A stretch of DNA of 64,000 bases from Escherichia coli (lineage in GTDB: Bacteria > Pseudomonadota > Gammaproteobacteria > Enterobacterales > Enterobacteriaceae). Of the stretch, positions 1 through 13,870 are shown piece by piece. The DNA lies in NCBI RefSeq assembly GCF_016026235.1, contig NZ_CP065613.1. One strand, given 5' to 3'. The stretch's first letter is position 1; each line of letters begins with the position of its first letter. Made by a program: the position numbers and the translations under genes. The notes beneath the pieces are model-generated. The model had not been told where the DNA came from, did not search any database, and saw only the letters and a list, made by a program, of their open reading frames with translations.

Positions 1-375
1 CGTTTGATTATTGAAGAATTACTGGAAGATGGCAGCGATCCGGACGCGCTGTACACCATCGAACACCATCTTTCCGCAGACGATCTGGAAACCCTGGAAA
101 AAGCAGCAGTTGAAGCGTTTAAACTTGGTTACGAAGTGACCGATCCAGAAGAGCTGGAAGTTGAAGATGGTGATATCGTGATTTGCTGCGACATCCTCAG
201 CGAGTGCGCGTTGAATGCCGATCTGATCGATGCCCAGGTTGAACAACTGATGACGCTGGCGGAGAAATTTGACGTTGAGTACGACGGTTGGGGCACTTAC
301 TTTGAAGATCCTAACGGCGAAGACGGCGACGATGAAGATTTTGTCGATGAAGACGATGACGGGGTTCGCCACTAA
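1..375 (+). CDS. rraB: RNase E inhibitor RraB, 5'-partial (start lies upstream of window)
   Basis: ORF 4..375 translation matches RraB C-terminal 123 aa including acidic tail [14 protein letters not shown]; frame stays open to position 1. Confidence 0.85.
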
Positions 376-420
376 TTAATTGATTAAAATGCCCGATAGC
401 ACACACTAGCGGGCATTTTT

Positions 421-924
421 TTAGAGTTCGCGTAGCATCCGCACTTCACAATCTACATGGCCCGTGCAGCCAAGTGCATAGTCGATATGTTGAAAACCTA
501 AATGTTCATACAAACCAATCGCTTCTTTCAAAAAAGCGGTCGTTTCCAGATAGCAGCGTTTGAAGCCCATCTCTCGTGCCTGCTCCATCGCCATTAAGGC
601 CAGTTTTTTCGCCAGCCCTTTACCGCGAATAGCCGGAAGAAAATACATCTTCTGCAGTTCGCAAATGTCCGACTCACTCCCGGTTAATGGCGCAATCCCA
701 CCGCCGCCGACCACTTCACCATCGTACTCAACCACCCAATATGCATGACCCGGCTGACTATACACTTGATACAACTCGTCCAGGTTCGGATCGGCGACGG
801 TGTAGCCTTTATCAGCGGTAAGACCGTATTCGGCGGATACCTGACGAATGACGCGGGCGATGGCGGGATTATCCTGCTGCGTCAGGCGACGCATTACAGG
901 TGATTGCGGCGCAATGTTATTCAT
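421..924 (-). CDS. yjgM: GNAT-family N-acetyltransferase YjgM
   Basis: 167-aa ORF with acetyl-CoA binding motif (RGKGLAKKL); conserved position between rraB and yjgN. Confidence 0.85.
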   Translation of the reverse strand: MNNIAPQSPVMRRLTQQDNPAIARVIRQVSAEYGLTADKGYTVADPNLDELYQVYSQPGHAYWVVEYDGEVVGGGGIAPLTGSESDICELQKMYFLPAIRGKGLAKKLALMAMEQAREMGFKRCYLETTAFLKEAIGLYEHLGFQHIDYALGCTGHVDCEVRMLREL

Positions 925-1116
925 AGTTTAACCCAATAAAAATAAAGTAATTATACATTTGTTTAATACCACTCTCTTCTTACGTGCGCAAGCATCTTAT
1001 AAAGCAATAAAGTTTTTGCCAGCCTATTACTGATAAGAGTATTGTAACGTGGCAGAACATTTTACTGTCTGTATCTATAAATTATATCAATGGATTTTTT
1101 AATTCAGGGGATTTTT

Positions 1117-2313
1117 ATGGCTCAAGTTATTAATGAAATGGATGTTCCGTCCCATTCGTTTGTTTTTCATGGTACAGGTGAGAGATATTTTCTTATTTGT
1201 GTGGTGAATGTGTTGTTAACGATTATAACGCTAGGTATCTATTTACCATGGGCATTAATGAAATGTAAGCGTTATCTCTATGCTAATATGGAAGTTAACG
1301 GACAACGATTTTCTTATGGAATTACCGGTGGGAATGTTTTTTTTAGTTGTCTTGTTTTTGTTTTTTTCTATTTCGCAATCTTAATGACAGTGTCAGCAGA
1401 TATGCCACTTGTTGGCTGTGTTTTGACTTTGTTACTGTTGGTTTTGCTTATATTTATGGCAGCAAAAGGACTGCGTTATCAGGCCTTGATGACCAGTCTC
1501 AACGGCGTAAGATTTAGTTTTAATTGCTCTATGAAAGGGTTCTGGTGGGTAACCTTTTTCTTGCCGATTTTAATGGCCATTGGGATGGGGACTGTTTTCT
1601 TTATCTCGACAAAGATGCTACATGCCAATAGTTCAAGTAGTGTTATTATATCTGTGGTTCTGATGGCAATAGTTGGTATTGTTTCCATTGGTATTTTTAA
1701 TGGTACTTTATATAGTCTGGTAATGGGTTTTCTCTGGAGCAATACCAGTTTCGGTATACATCGTTTCAAGGTGAAATTAGATACTACGTATTGTATAAAA
1801 TATGCCATTCTCGCATTTTTAGCTTTATTACCTTTTCTCGCTGTTGCTGGTTATATTATCTTCGATTAAATATTAAATGCGTATGATAGTTCTGTGTATG
1901 CAAATGATGATATTGAGAATTTACAGCAATTTATGGAAATGCAACGTAAAATGATAATCGCGCAGTTAATCTATTATTTTGGGATTGCTGTTAGCACCAG
2001 TTATTTAACGGTGTCGTTGCGAAATCATTTTATGAGCAACCTGTCACTGAATGATGGGCGTATTCGTTTTCGCTCAACTTTAACATACCACGGTATGCTT
2101 TATCGCATGTGTGCGTTGGTGGTGATATCCGGGATTACGGGCGGTCTGGCTTATCCACTGCTGAAAATATGGATGATTGACTGGCAGGCAAAAAATACGT
2201 ATTTGCTGGGCGATTTGGATGACCTTCCTTTAATCAATAAAGAAGAACAACCAGATAAAGGCTTCTTAGCCAGTATTTCACGGGGAATTATGCCTTCTTT
2301 ACCATTTCTGTAA
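1117..2313 (+). pseudogene. yjgN: inner membrane protein YjgN (DUF898) interrupted by in-frame TAA at 1867..1869
   Basis: ORFs 1090..1869 and 1894..2313 are in the same frame separated only by one TAA codon; combined length from MAQVINEMD matches the ~398-aa YjgN. Confidence 0.6.
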
Positions 2314-2339
2314 GAGATAAAAAAGGCCGGAGCATGCTC

Positions 2340-3634
2340 CTGAGGGATCCCCAGAAAATTTAGTAAACCATTATCATATTGGTATACCGTTGCTGTAGAA
2401 CTTTCAGCCCTGCGTCAAGTGACAGTGTGTTTAGTATGAGTGGAGAATGTCGAATCACATTCTCCGCCAGTTTTAATAACGAGATGACTCGCCTGTGCTT
2501 CACTGTATTTGCCTGATATTTATGATGTATCCCTTTGTTTTCCAGGCTGAAACCGCTTAACCACATAATGATACTGGCTAATGTTGCGATCAGACTCAAT
2601 ACCGTGACCCGCCCAGATGAATGACTGGCACCAAACCGTAGTCCAAATCCCCAGCGAGGATTTTTTTCATCCCTGAAATTTTGCTCAATTTGCATTCTAC
2701 GGCTGTATAATTTCATTACCTGTTTTGGCGAGAACTCAGTACTGTTTGTGAAAATAAACCATGGTGATTTCCCGGCAGTACGAGCTTTAGCCGTCACCGA
2801 TGGTCTGGTTGCTCTTTCCTTCGAGCGTTTAAATCTACGACCTTTAGGCTTACTTTTATAAAGATAAAAATGCCCTTCATGTTGTGCATTTTTATCTCGA
2901 CCCAGCAGGCCTTCACCTAAATAAATTGCTGTCGTTGATGCTTTTGTGCCTGAGTCCGACACCTTTTCCCAGCCATTACCAACATTGTAATAATGATTGC
3001 CCAGTACCCGGCAAATATAGGTCCAGCCACGGGAGCGGAGCTGTTGGAACCATCGCCCCTGAAAACCGGCATCTGTAATAACAATGACATCAGTCCCGGG
3101 GGAAAAGCACTCAGCAAGCGATTCCAGAAAACGCTCATGTACATCTGCATTCGCTGTCTGTGATGATGGAACGACACAACTCATCAACGGTAAAGAACGC
3201 CCGTCACATGCCAGGCTTGCCCGCAAAAGCTGAAAACGAGAGGCATGATAAGCACTCCAGTCAATGAGTATCACAACACGAGACATTCCCCGCGTAATCT
3301 TTTGGGTAATTCGCTGAAAAATGGTGGAAACCTCATTTTGCAAATGTCGATTCCCCAACAGTCGATCCACCCGCTTTATTTTGTTTTTAACTGATGCCGT
3401 ACCGGTTAAATGACGCCCGATACTGGTAAGTGTGAGGGAAGCGCCATTTATTACAGCATTAGTTGCGTCAATCAGTGATTTTTGACGGTAAAGATGCAAA
3501 GGGGCCAGTATGTTGTTAAGGAAATTTTGGCATAATGAACGTGCAGGCATAGTGGTGATCTCCTTGAAATTGTTAGCACAATCAATTAGATCACATCTCA
3601 CTATGCCTGTCTTGTTTTCTGGGGATTCCTCAGG
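2340..3634 (-). mobile_element. IS4-family insertion sequence (IS10-like), copy 1, ~1295 bp, flanked by 9-bp direct repeat AGCATGCTC
   Basis: Imperfect terminal inverted repeats CTGAGGGATCCCCAG / CTGGGGATTCCTCAG; duplicated 9-mer at 2331..2339 and 3635..3643; internal transposase ORF. Confidence 0.85.
2360..3550 (-). CDS. IS4-family (IS10-like) DDE transposase
   Basis: Motifs KRVDRLLGNRHL, DAGF, YSRRMQIEQNFRDEK, HKYQANTVKHR resemble the IS10 transposase; start placed at MPARSLCQ by alignment to the IS10 transposase N-terminus. Confidence 0.8.
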   Translation of the reverse strand: MPARSLCQNFLNNILAPLHLYRQKSLIDATNAVINGASLTLTSIGRHLTGTASVKNKIKRVDRLLGNRHLQNEVSTIFQRITQKITRGMSRVVILIDWSAYHASRFQLLRASLACDGRSLPLMSCVVPSSQTANADVHERFLESLAECFSPGTDVIVITDAGFQGRWFQQLRSRGWTYICRVLGNHYYNVGNGWEKVSDSGTKASTTAIYLGEGLLGRDKNAQHEGHFYLYKSKPKGRRFKRSKERATRPSVTAKARTAGKSPWFIFTNSTEFSPKQVMKLYSRRMQIEQNFRDEKNPRWGFGLRFGASHSSGRVTVLSLIATLASIIMWLSGFSLENKGIHHKYQANTVKHRRVISLLKLAENVIRHSPLILNTLSLDAGLKVLQQRYTNMIMVY

Positions 3635-3672
3635 AGCATGCTCCGGCCTTCGTTTTCATCACTGTGTTTTGA

Positions 3673-6528
3673 TTACAGCGCGGCGATAACAGCCTGCTGT
3701 TCAATCAGCTTCGCTTTCGCTTCTGCATAGCCTTCCAGCTTCTCACGCTCTTTCGCGATGACCGCTTCCGGTGCGCGGGCGACAAAGCCTTCATTCGCCA
3801 GCTTGTTCTCGATACGGCTGATTTCACCTTCAATCTTCGCCACTTCTTTCGCCAGACGCGCCAGCTCATCTTCTTTGTTGATGAGGCCAGCCATCGGGAT
3901 CAGCAGCTCTGCACCGTCGATGATCTTCGTAACGGAAACCGGACCTTTGTCATCGGCAGGCAGCACGGTGATGCTTTCCAGACGCGCCAGGGTTTGCAGG
4001 AAGCCACGGTTTTCATTTACGCGACGTTCTGCATCCGCGCTGCAACCACGCAGCAGCAGCTCCAGCGGTTTGCCCGGCGCGATGTTCATCTCTGCACGGA
4101 TGTTACGTACCGCAACGATCGCCTGTTTCAGCCACTCGGTGTCGGCCAATGCGGCTTCATCAACCTGAGATGCATCATACTGCGGGAACGGCTGCAGCAT
4201 GATGGTGTCGGCAGTGATACCGCAAAGTACTTTCACACGCTGCCAGATGGTTTCGGTGATGAACGGAATGATCGGATGCGCGAGGCGCAGCAGACCTTCC
4301 AGCACGGTCACCAGCGTATGGCGAGTACCGCGCAGTTCGGCTTCGGTGCCACCGTTCATTACCGGCTTAGTCAGCTCCAGATACCAGTCACAGAACTGGT
4401 TCCAGGTGAACTCATACAGAATGCCTGCGGCGATATCGAAGCGGAAGCTGTCCAGCGCTTCGCGGTACGCTTTGATGGTCTGGTTGAACTCCGCCAGAAT
4501 CCAGCGATCCGCCAGCGACAGCGTCATCTCGCCGCCGTTGAAGCCGCAATCCTGATCTTCGGTGTTCATCAGCACAAAGCGGCTGGCGTTCCACAGCTTG
4601 TTACAGAAGTTACGGTAACCTTCCAGGCGTTTCATATCCCAGTTGATATCGCGACCGGTAGAAGCCAGCGCCGCCAGGGTGAAGCGCAGCGCGTCAGTAC
4701 CGTGCGGTTCAATACCGTTCGGGAACTGCTTCTCGGTGCGCTTACGGATTTTGTCCGCCAGCTGTGGCTGCATCATATTGCCGGTGCGTTTTTCCAGCAG
4801 TTCTGGCAGCGAAATACCGTCAACCATATCCAGTGGATCAATAACGTTACCCTTGGATTTGGACATCTTCTGGCCTTCGTCGTCACGAATCAGGCCGGTC
4901 ATGTAAACAGTGTGGAACGGCACCTGCGGTTTGCCATTTTCATCTTTGATGAAGTGCATGGTCATCATGATCATGCGGGCAATCCAGAAGAAGATGATGT
5001 CGAAACCAGATACCATCACGCTGGTTGGGTGGAACTGACGCAGGGCGTCGGTATTTTCCGGCCAGCCAAGGGTAGAGAAGGTCCACAGCGCAGAAGAGAA
5101 CCAGGTGTCGAGAACGTCTTCGTCCTGACGCAGGACAACATCAGCACCGAGGTTATTTTCTTTACGCACTTCGTCTTCGTTGCGGCCAACATAAACGTTA
5201 CCCGCTTCGTCATACCATGCCGGGATACGGTGACCCCACCACAACTGACGAGAGATACACCAGTCCTGAATATCGCGCATCCAGGAGAAGTACATGTTTT
5301 CGTACTGCTTCGGTACGAACTGAATGTCGCCGTTCTCAACCGCTTCAACTGCCGGTTTCGCCAGGACATCGGCACGCACGTACCACTGGTCGGTCAGCAT
5401 CGGTTCGATGACCACGCCACCACGGTCGCCATAAGGAACGGTCAGGTCATGTGGTTTAATTTCTTCCAGCAGGCCGAGTGCGTCAACCGCAGCAACGACC
5501 GCTTTACGTGCAGCAAAACGCTCCAGTTTCTGGAATTCTGCGGGGATCTCGCTGGAATAAACGTCAGATTCGTTACCTTTGGTATCGAACACCTGGGCAC
5601 TTTCACGGATATCGCCGTCAAAGGTCAGGATGTTGATCATCGGCAGGGCGTGACGTTTACCGACTTCATAGTCGTTAAAGTCGTGCGCCGGGGTGATCTT
5701 CACGCAGCCGGTGCCTTTTTCCATGTCGGCGTGTTCGTCGCCAACGATCGGAATACGACGGTTAACCAGCGGCAGAATGACATATTTGCCAATCAGATCT
5801 TTGTAACGCGGATCTTCCGGGTTAACGGCCACGCCGGTATCGCCCAGCAGGGTTTCCGGACGAGTAGTCGCAACCACCAGATAATCTTTACCATCTGCGG
5901 TTTTCGCGCCGTCAGCCAGCGGATAGCGGATGTGCCACATCGAACCTTTCGATTCGCGGTTTTCCACTTCCAGGTCAGAGATAGCGGTGCGCAGTTTCGG
6001 ATCCCAGTTTACCAGGCGTTTGCCACGGTAAATCAGGTCTTCTTTATACAGACGAACGAAAACTTCTTTCACCGCATTGGACAGGCCTTCGTCCATAGTG
6101 AAGCGTTCACGCTCCCAGTCTACGGAGTTGCCGAGACGGCGCATCTGACGGGTAATGGTGCCGCCAGATTCCGCTTTCCATTCCCAGATTTTGTCGATGA
6201 AAGCTTCGCGGCCGTAGTCGTGACGGGTTTTACCTTCTTCTGCGGCAATCTTGCGCTCAACGACCATCTGGGTAGCGATCCCGGCGTGGTCAGTACCGAC
6301 CTGCCACAGGGTGTTTTTGCCCTGCATGCGCTGATAGCGGATCATGGTATCCATGATGGTTTGCTGGAAGGCGTGACCCATATGCAAACTGCCGGTGACG
6401 TTCGGCGGCGGGATCATGATGCAGAAACTTTCCTGGCTTTCATCGCCATTAGGCTTAAAGTAGCCCTGCTTTTCCCAGTGCTCGTAAAGCGGCTGTTCGA
6501 TATCTTGTGGGTTATATGTCTTTTCCAT
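3673..6528 (-). CDS. valS: valine--tRNA ligase
   Basis: 951-aa ORF with class I aaRS HMGH and KMSKS motifs and C-terminal coiled coil. Confidence 0.97.
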   Translation of the reverse strand: MEKTYNPQDIEQPLYEHWEKQGYFKPNGDESQESFCIMIPPPNVTGSLHMGHAFQQTIMDTMIRYQRMQGKNTLWQVGTDHAGIATQMVVERKIAAEEGKTRHDYGREAFIDKIWEWKAESGGTITRQMRRLGNSVDWERERFTMDEGLSNAVKEVFVRLYKEDLIYRGKRLVNWDPKLRTAISDLEVENRESKGSMWHIRYPLADGAKTADGKDYLVVATTRPETLLGDTGVAVNPEDPRYKDLIGKYVILPLVNRRIPIVGDEHADMEKGTGCVKITPAHDFNDYEVGKRHALPMINILTFDGDIRESAQVFDTKGNESDVYSSEIPAEFQKLERFAARKAVVAAVDALGLLEEIKPHDLTVPYGDRGGVVIEPMLTDQWYVRADVLAKPAVEAVENGDIQFVPKQYENMYFSWMRDIQDWCISRQLWWGHRIPAWYDEAGNVYVGRNEDEVRKENNLGADVVLRQDEDVLDTWFSSALWTFSTLGWPENTDALRQFHPTSVMVSGFDIIFFWIARMIMMTMHFIKDENGKPQVPFHTVYMTGLIRDDEGQKMSKSKGNVIDPLDMVDGISLPELLEKRTGNMMQPQLADKIRKRTEKQFPNGIEPHGTDALRFTLAALASTGRDINWDMKRLEGYRNFCNKLWNASRFVLMNTEDQDCGFNGGEMTLSLADRWILAEFNQTIKAYREALDSFRFDIAAGILYEFTWNQFCDWYLELTKPVMNGGTEAELRGTRHTLVTVLEGLLRLAHPIIPFITETIWQRVKVLCGITADTIMLQPFPQYDASQVDEAALADTEWLKQAIVAVRNIRAEMNIAPGKPLELLLRGCSADAERRVNENRGFLQTLARLESITVLPADDKGPVSVTKIIDGAELLIPMAGLINKEDELARLAKEVAKIEGEISRIENKLANEGFVARAPEAVIAKEREKLEGYAEAKAKLIEQQAVIAAL

Positions 6529-6971
6529 TATTTCCAGGTTGCCGTATTCAGGTTGAAACCAGCCACGCGGTAGGCTTTATAGCGTTCGCGCGCCAGTTGT
6601 TTCAGAGAATCTTCATAAGGAACGAAGTCTACCACTTCTGTGAAAGCGGTGGCAAAATCTGCAAAGCTTGTTCGCAGACTAATCAATATATCGCGCGGGC
6701 TGCTGCTGCGTTTTTGCGGCCAGGCGATCTCCACCGGCGCACCGCCGCGCGGTCCTTCTCCCGCTAAATTATGCGGAACAAAGCTTTCTGCCGGACGCGC
6801 CCACAGGGCTTCATCCAGCCGGTAAGCCTGATTTTCATCTTCACAGGCGATGAGCACGCGCTTACCACTGCGCCAACGTTCTGCGGCAATTTCACACACC
6901 AGTTGCTCAACGGCGCTTAAGCCATCGACGGTGGTGTCATTGTCCAGAAGGTAGAACGTCGCGTTTTTCAT
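6528..6971 (-). CDS. holC: DNA polymerase III chi subunit
   Basis: Translation from [12 protein letters not shown] matches HolC (147 aa); stop overlaps valS start. Confidence 0.9.
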   Translation of the reverse strand: MKNATFYLLDNDTTVDGLSAVEQLVCEIAAERWRSGKRVLIACEDENQAYRLDEALWARPAESFVPHNLAGEGPRGGAPVEIAWPQKRSSSPRDILISLRTSFADFATAFTEVVDFVPYEDSLKQLARERYKAYRVAGFNLNTATWK

Positions 6972-7104
6972 ATATGGGGCTTCTTGTGGTGGATTTAAAT
7001 ATTGCTGCATTCCTCACCCTGAAAGATGAGCAATGAATTTCTATTGCGCTCGATCGGCACCCTCTCCCTTAGGGAGAGGGTTAGGGTGAGGGTAAAACGC
7101 AAAC

Positions 7105-8619
<1,515 letters not shown>

Positions 8620-8882
8620 CTACGCTCCTGAATCTTAAAGACAACGGCGGTGGCTACAGATAGAATTGCAAGCTTTCGTAACTCATGTCCGCTGTTGCGA
8701 TGACTTCGTGTTAATCTTAACGTTATTACGGCATTGGCACGTCAGAACAAAATCTGAGAGGTGAATCCGTTGAGTATAATTATCTTAGCGACGATTTCGA
8801 CGACTCAAGAGAATAAATGACGTTTAAGCCATGAAACAAGCTAAAATCCTGCAAAAGACGAGTTTTTACGGGCGTATTTAAA

Positions 8883-9983
8883 GTGATAATCATAAGATAT
8901 CTGGTGCGGGAGACGCTCAAAAGCCAGCTGGCGATACTTTTCATCTTGCTTTTGATCTTCTTCTGTCAAAAGTTAGTGAGGATCCTCGGCGCAGCGGTTG
9001 ACGGCGATATTCCGGCGAATCTGGTGCTCTCCCTTCTCGGGTTGGGTGTGCCGGAAATGGCGCAGCTTATCCTGCCATTAAGCCTGTTCCTCGGGCTGCT
9101 GATGACGCTGGGCAAACTGTATACCGAAAGTGAAATTACGGTAATGCATGCCTGCGGCCTGAGCAAAGCGGTTCTGGTGAAAGCGGCAATGATCCTTGCG
9201 GTATTCACGGCAATCGTCGCGGCGGTTAACGTGATGTGGGCGGGACCGTGGTCATCGCGTCATCAGGATGAAGTGTTAGCAGAAGCGAAAGCGAACCCTG
9301 GCATGGCGGCGCTGGCGCAAGGGCAATTCCAGCAAGCGACTAATGGCAGTTCGGTGCTGTTCATCGAAAGCGTTGACGGCAGCGATTTCAAAGATGTATT
9401 CCTCGCGCAAATTCGACCAAAAGGTAATGCACGTCCTTCTGTGGTGGTGGCCGATTCCGGACATTTAACCCAGCTGCGCGACGGCTCCCAGGTCGTCACT
9501 CTCAACCAGGGAACGCGCTTCGAAGGCACTGCACTGTTACGTGATTTCCGCATTACGGACTTCCAGGATTATCAGGCGATCATTGGTCACCAGGCGGTGG
9601 CGCTCGACCCGAACGATACCGACCAGATGGACATGCGCACATTGTGGAACACTGACACCGATCGTGCCCGCGCAGAACTGAACTGGCGTATCACGTTGGT
9701 ATTCACCGTGTTTATGATGGCACTTATGGTTGTACCGTTGAGCGTGGTTAACCCGCGTCAGGGACGCGTACTGTCGATGCTGCCAGCCATGCTGCTGTAT
9801 CTACTTTTCTTCCTGATCCAGACCTCCCTGAAATCGAACGGCGGTAAAGGTAAGCTGGACCCAACGCTGTGGATGTGGACCGTTAACCTGATTTATCTGG
9901 CTTTGGCGATTGTTCTCAACCTTTGGGACACCGTGCCGGTCCGCCGCCTGCGCGCCAGTTTTTCGCGTAAAGGAGCGGTGTGA
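8883..9983 (+). CDS. lptF: LPS export ABC permease LptF
   Basis: 366-aa membrane protein; overlapping stop/start with lptG. Confidence 0.93.
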   Translation: MIIIRYLVRETLKSQLAILFILLLIFFCQKLVRILGAAVDGDIPANLVLSLLGLGVPEMAQLILPLSLFLGLLMTLGKLYTESEITVMHACGLSKAVLVKAAMILAVFTAIVAAVNVMWAGPWSSRHQDEVLAEAKANPGMAALAQGQFQQATNGSSVLFIESVDGSDFKDVFLAQIRPKGNARPSVVVADSGHLTQLRDGSQVVTLNQGTRFEGTALLRDFRITDFQDYQAIIGHQAVALDPNDTDQMDMRTLWNTDTDRARAELNWRITLVFTVFMMALMVVPLSVVNPRQGRVLSMLPAMLLYLLFFLIQTSLKSNGGKGKLDPTLWMWTVNLIYLALAIVLNLWDTVPVRRLRASFSRKGAV

Positions 9984-11065
9984 TGCAACCTTTTGGCGTA
10001 CTTGACCGCTATATCGGTAAAACTATTTTTACCACCATCATGATGACGCTGTTCATGCTGGTGTCGCTGTCGGGCATTATCAAGTTTGTCGATCAGCTGA
10101 AAAAAGCCGGGCAGGGGAGTTACGACGCGTTAGGCGCAGGAATGTATACCTTGCTGAGCGTGCCGAAAGATGTGCAAATCTTCTTCCCGATGGCGGCTCT
10201 GCTTGGGGCGTTGCTTGGTCTTGGGATGCTGGCGCAGCGCAGCGAACTGGTGGTGATGCAGGCTTCTGGTTTTACCCGTATGCAGGTGGCGCTGTCGGTG
10301 ATGAAAACCGCCATTCCGCTGGTCTTACTGACGATGGCGATTGGTGAATGGGTCGCGCCGCAGGGCGAGCAGATGGCGCGTAACTACCGTGCCCAGGCGA
10401 TGTACGGCGGCTCGTTACTCTCCACTCAGCAAGGCTTATGGGCGAAAGATGGCAACAACTTCGTCTACATTGAGCGGGTTAAAGGTGACGAAGAGTTAGG
10501 TGGCATCAGTATTTATGCCTTTAACGAGAATCGTCGTCTGCAATCCGTACGCTATGCCGCTACCGCGAAGTTTGACCCGGAACATAAAGTCTGGCGTCTG
10601 TCGCAGGTTGATGAATCTGATCTGACCAATCCGAAACAGATCACCGGTTCGCAGACGGTGAGCGGCACCTGGAAAACCAACCTCACGCCGGACAAACTGG
10701 GCGTGGTGGCGCTGGACCCGGATGCACTCTCCATCAGTGGTTTGCACAACTACGTGAAGTATCTGAAGTCGAGCGGTCAGGATGCCGGACGTTATCAGCT
10801 CAACATGTGGAGCAAAATCTTCCAGCCGCTATCCGTGGCGGTGATGATGTTGATGGCTCTGTCGTTCATCTTTGGCCCGCTGCGTAGCGTACCGATGGGC
10901 GTGCGTGTGGTCACCGGTATCAGCTTCGGTTTTGTCTTCTACGTACTGGACCAGATCTTCGGCCCGCTGACGTTGGTTTACGGCATCCCGCCGATTATCG
11001 GCGCGTTGCTGCCAAGCGCCAGCTTCTTCTTAATCAGTCTGTGGCTGTTAATGAGAAAATCGTAA
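9983..11065 (+). CDS. lptG: LPS export ABC permease LptG
   Basis: 360-aa product starting MQPFGVLDRY. Confidence 0.93.
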   Translation: MQPFGVLDRYIGKTIFTTIMMTLFMLVSLSGIIKFVDQLKKAGQGSYDALGAGMYTLLSVPKDVQIFFPMAALLGALLGLGMLAQRSELVVMQASGFTRMQVALSVMKTAIPLVLLTMAIGEWVAPQGEQMARNYRAQAMYGGSLLSTQQGLWAKDGNNFVYIERVKGDEELGGISIYAFNENRRLQSVRYAATAKFDPEHKVWRLSQVDESDLTNPKQITGSQTVSGTWKTNLTPDKLGVVALDPDALSISGLHNYVKYLKSSGQDAGRYQLNMWSKIFQPLSVAVMMLMALSFIFGPLRSVPMGVRVVTGISFGFVFYVLDQIFGPLTLVYGIPPIIGALLPSASFFLISLWLLMRKS

Positions 11066-11079
11066 TCTGATGAACGAAT

Positions 11080-11108
11080 AAAGGGAGCGAAAGCTCCCTT
11101 TATTATTG
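11080..11108 (+). terminator. rho-independent terminator downstream of lptG
   Basis: Hairpin AAGGGAGC-gaa-GCTCCCTT followed by T-rich run. Confidence 0.55.
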
Positions 11109-11225
11109 TTAGCAAAGTGAGCTTCGTTCATGTCTGAAAAATCATGAAAATTCAATATATTGCAGTAGTGTAGGCATGATAAGGCGCGCCAGCGTTGCAT
11201 CAGGCAAAGACAAATCGCACCTGGC

Positions 11226-12728
11226 TTACCTTTTTCTCCCCCCCAGCAAACTCCCCAACATTCCACGCACAATCTGATTCGTCACCTGGCGGGCGGCGCT
11301 TTTCGCCATTGTTTGCACAACACCATCTTTCTTCCCGCCGCGTGGTCCGGTAGTGCCGAACAAAATATCCTTCAATCCACCAAGAATGCCGTCATCTACC
11401 GCTACCTCTTTCCCTTTCGCGGGGGGATTATTTTGCTGCTCGGTGCTTGCCTGTACGCCTTTTTGCAACATCTCATAGGCGGATTCCCGGTCCACGTCAT
11501 CCTCGTACTTGCCATACACCGGAGAGTGATTAATCAAGCCATTACGCTCATCTTCCGTCACCGGTCCCATCCGCGAACAAGGCGCAATCACCATCGCCCG
11601 TTCCACCACAGAAGGACTTCCTTTTGCATCGAGAAACGAGATTAACGCCTCGCCGGTCCCCAGTTCCTGGATTGCCTTTTCGGTATCAAATGCCGGATTG
11701 GCCCGCATGGTTTGCGCCGCTACCTTCACTGCTTTCTGATCTTTTGGCGTAAAAGCCCGCAAAGCGTGCTGAACGCGATTACCGAGCTGGCCGAGCACAT
11801 TATCCGGAATATCAGACGGGTTTTGCGAAACGAACCAGACGCCCACGCCTTTTGAGCGAATAAGCCTTATCACCTGCTCAATCTTATCCAGCAGTACCTG
11901 TGGCGCATCGTTAAACAGCAGATGTGCTTCGTCGAAGAAAAACACCAGTTTTGGTTTCTCCAGATCGCCCGCTTCAGGCAATTGTTCATACAACTCTGAA
12001 AGCATCCACAGCAGGCTGGCGGCGTACAGTTTCGGCATCTGATAAAGCTTCTCGGCGCTGAGGATATTGATAACGCCTTTACCGTTGGCATCGGTACGCA
12101 TCCAGTCTTTGATATCCAGCATCGGCTCACCAAAGAAGTGTGCTGCGCCTTGCTGTTCCAGCGATAACAGCCCGCGCTGGATGGCACCAACCGATGCGCT
12201 ACTGATATTACCGTACTGATTCTGGAAGGATTTGGCGTTATCGCCGATGTACTGGGTAATTGCCCGCAGATCTTTAAAGTCGAGCAGTAACAGCCCCTGA
12301 TCGTCAGCAATGCGGAAAATGATATTCAGCACGCCAGATTGCACATCGTTGAGATTCAACAGCCGCGCCAGCAACAGCGGCCCCAGATCCGAAACCGTCG
12401 CCCGCACCGGATGGCCCTTCTCGCCAAAGATATCCCACACCACCACCGGATTAGCATGCGGTTGCCAGTCATTTACGCCGATATTTTTAAGCCTTGCGAG
12501 CAGTTTTTCCGACGCCGTTCCTGCCTGCGCGATGCCGGTCAGATCGCCTTTCACATCGGCCATAAACACCGGAACACCGATTTCCGATAGAGACTCCGCC
12601 AGTTTTTGCAGCGTGACAGTTTTACCCGTCCCCGTTGCGCCAGTAATCAGCCCGTGACGGTTAGCCATTCTCGGCAGTAAAAATAGTTCTGTGTCCGGCG
12701 TGCGGGCAATTAACAGGGGTTCGCTCAT
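11226..12728 (-). CDS. yjgR: DUF853 P-loop NTPase YjgR
   Basis: 500-aa ORF with Walker A GATGTGKT. Confidence 0.9.
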   Translation of the reverse strand: MSEPLLIARTPDTELFLLPRMANRHGLITGATGTGKTVTLQKLAESLSEIGVPVFMADVKGDLTGIAQAGTASEKLLARLKNIGVNDWQPHANPVVVWDIFGEKGHPVRATVSDLGPLLLARLLNLNDVQSGVLNIIFRIADDQGLLLLDFKDLRAITQYIGDNAKSFQNQYGNISSASVGAIQRGLLSLEQQGAAHFFGEPMLDIKDWMRTDANGKGVINILSAEKLYQMPKLYAASLLWMLSELYEQLPEAGDLEKPKLVFFFDEAHLLFNDAPQVLLDKIEQVIRLIRSKGVGVWFVSQNPSDIPDNVLGQLGNRVQHALRAFTPKDQKAVKVAAQTMRANPAFDTEKAIQELGTGEALISFLDAKGSPSVVERAMVIAPCSRMGPVTEDERNGLINHSPVYGKYEDDVDRESAYEMLQKGVQASTEQQNNPPAKGKEVAVDDGILGGLKDILFGTTGPRGGKKDGVVQTMAKSAARQVTNQIVRGMLGSLLGGRKR

Positions 12729-12805
12729 GAGATATCCTCCAGTTTCCTGCCTGGAGTATAGGCAACGTCCGGCAAAGAGAATACGTGTAATGAAGAGAAA
12801 ATAAC

Positions 12806-13804
12806 CTAAAGCGTGTTGCCGTGATAAATCTGATACCCGAGGTCAACAGTGTTGTGGTTGTGATCGTTATTTTTAATTTTGCTCAGCAACATTTGGGCGG
12901 CCATCCGACCAATATCAAAACGGGGAGTAATTACGCTGGCGAGGCTTGGGATCATTTGCCTGCCAATCTCCAGCCCATGAAAACCCGCAATGGAAATTTG
13001 TTCTGGCACGGCGAGGTTTCGCTCGCGGCACAGCAGAAGCGCACCCATCGCAATATCGTCATTGGTGCAAAATACACCGTCTAAATCCGGGTTTGCGCTA
13101 AGGGCATCACGCATTAACTGCATTCCTAAATGAATGGATGAGATGGCGCGTGGATTCATGCGTAATGGGGAAAGATTATGCAGCATCATCGCATCGCAAT
13201 ACCCCTGATAACGCTGTTCATCGCGGGTGTCATCTTTGGAACCGAGATACAGAATTTTGTGCCTGACTCGCTTCTCCAGCATGGTACACACCATGTCAAA
13301 AGCGGCCTGCCGATTATCAAAACCGACCTCCATATCCAGCCGTTCTCCCTGTACATCCATCAATTCCACGACCGGAATGGTGGCTGAACGCAGAAATTTC
13401 ACCGTCCTGATGGTGTGATATTTTTCCGAAAGTATAATCCCGTCAATGTTATAAGAGAGCAGGTTAATCACCGACTCTTCTTCGGAATCGCGATCGTAAT
13501 TGTAATTAGCAATAAGGGTCTGATAATTATGCTCAGAGGTGACGGATTCTATTCCCACGAGAATGTCAGCGAAGAGTTGATTTTGAAATGACGGAATCAA
13601 GATACCGAGGGTATAACTTTGTGCATTCAACAACATGCCGGGAGCGCGATTAGGGATATAATTGATCTCTTCCATAATTTTGGCGATGCGCTCGCCTGTT
13701 TCCTTTGCCACCTTTTTCGGCGAGCGGATATAACGACTCACGGTCATTTTTGTTACGCCAGCCAGCGTAGCGATATCCTGTAAAGAAATTCTGTGATTGC
13801 GCAT
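12806..13804 (-). CDS. idnR: LacI-family regulator of L-idonate catabolism IdnR
   Basis: N-terminal HTH ([18 protein letters not shown]) plus periplasmic-binding-like domain; start at MRNHRISL. Confidence 0.9.
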   Translation of the reverse strand: MRNHRISLQDIATLAGVTKMTVSRYIRSPKKVAKETGERIAKIMEEINYIPNRAPGMLLNAQSYTLGILIPSFQNQLFADILVGIESVTSEHNYQTLIANYNYDRDSEEESVINLLSYNIDGIILSEKYHTIRTVKFLRSATIPVVELMDVQGERLDMEVGFDNRQAAFDMVCTMLEKRVRHKILYLGSKDDTRDEQRYQGYCDAMMLHNLSPLRMNPRAISSIHLGMQLMRDALSANPDLDGVFCTNDDIAMGALLLCRERNLAVPEQISIAGFHGLEIGRQMIPSLASVITPRFDIGRMAAQMLLSKIKNNDHNHNTVDLGYQIYHGNTL

Positions 13805-13870
13805 AACTTCTCCCAACGTCGGGGGAATCTTCAATCTTCCCCCGAAACTACATCACAATATTTTATTCTT

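Noticed and set aside
3994-6573. 859-aa ORF on the plus strand
   Set aside because: Lies entirely antisense to valS; a shadow ORF with no recognisable domain
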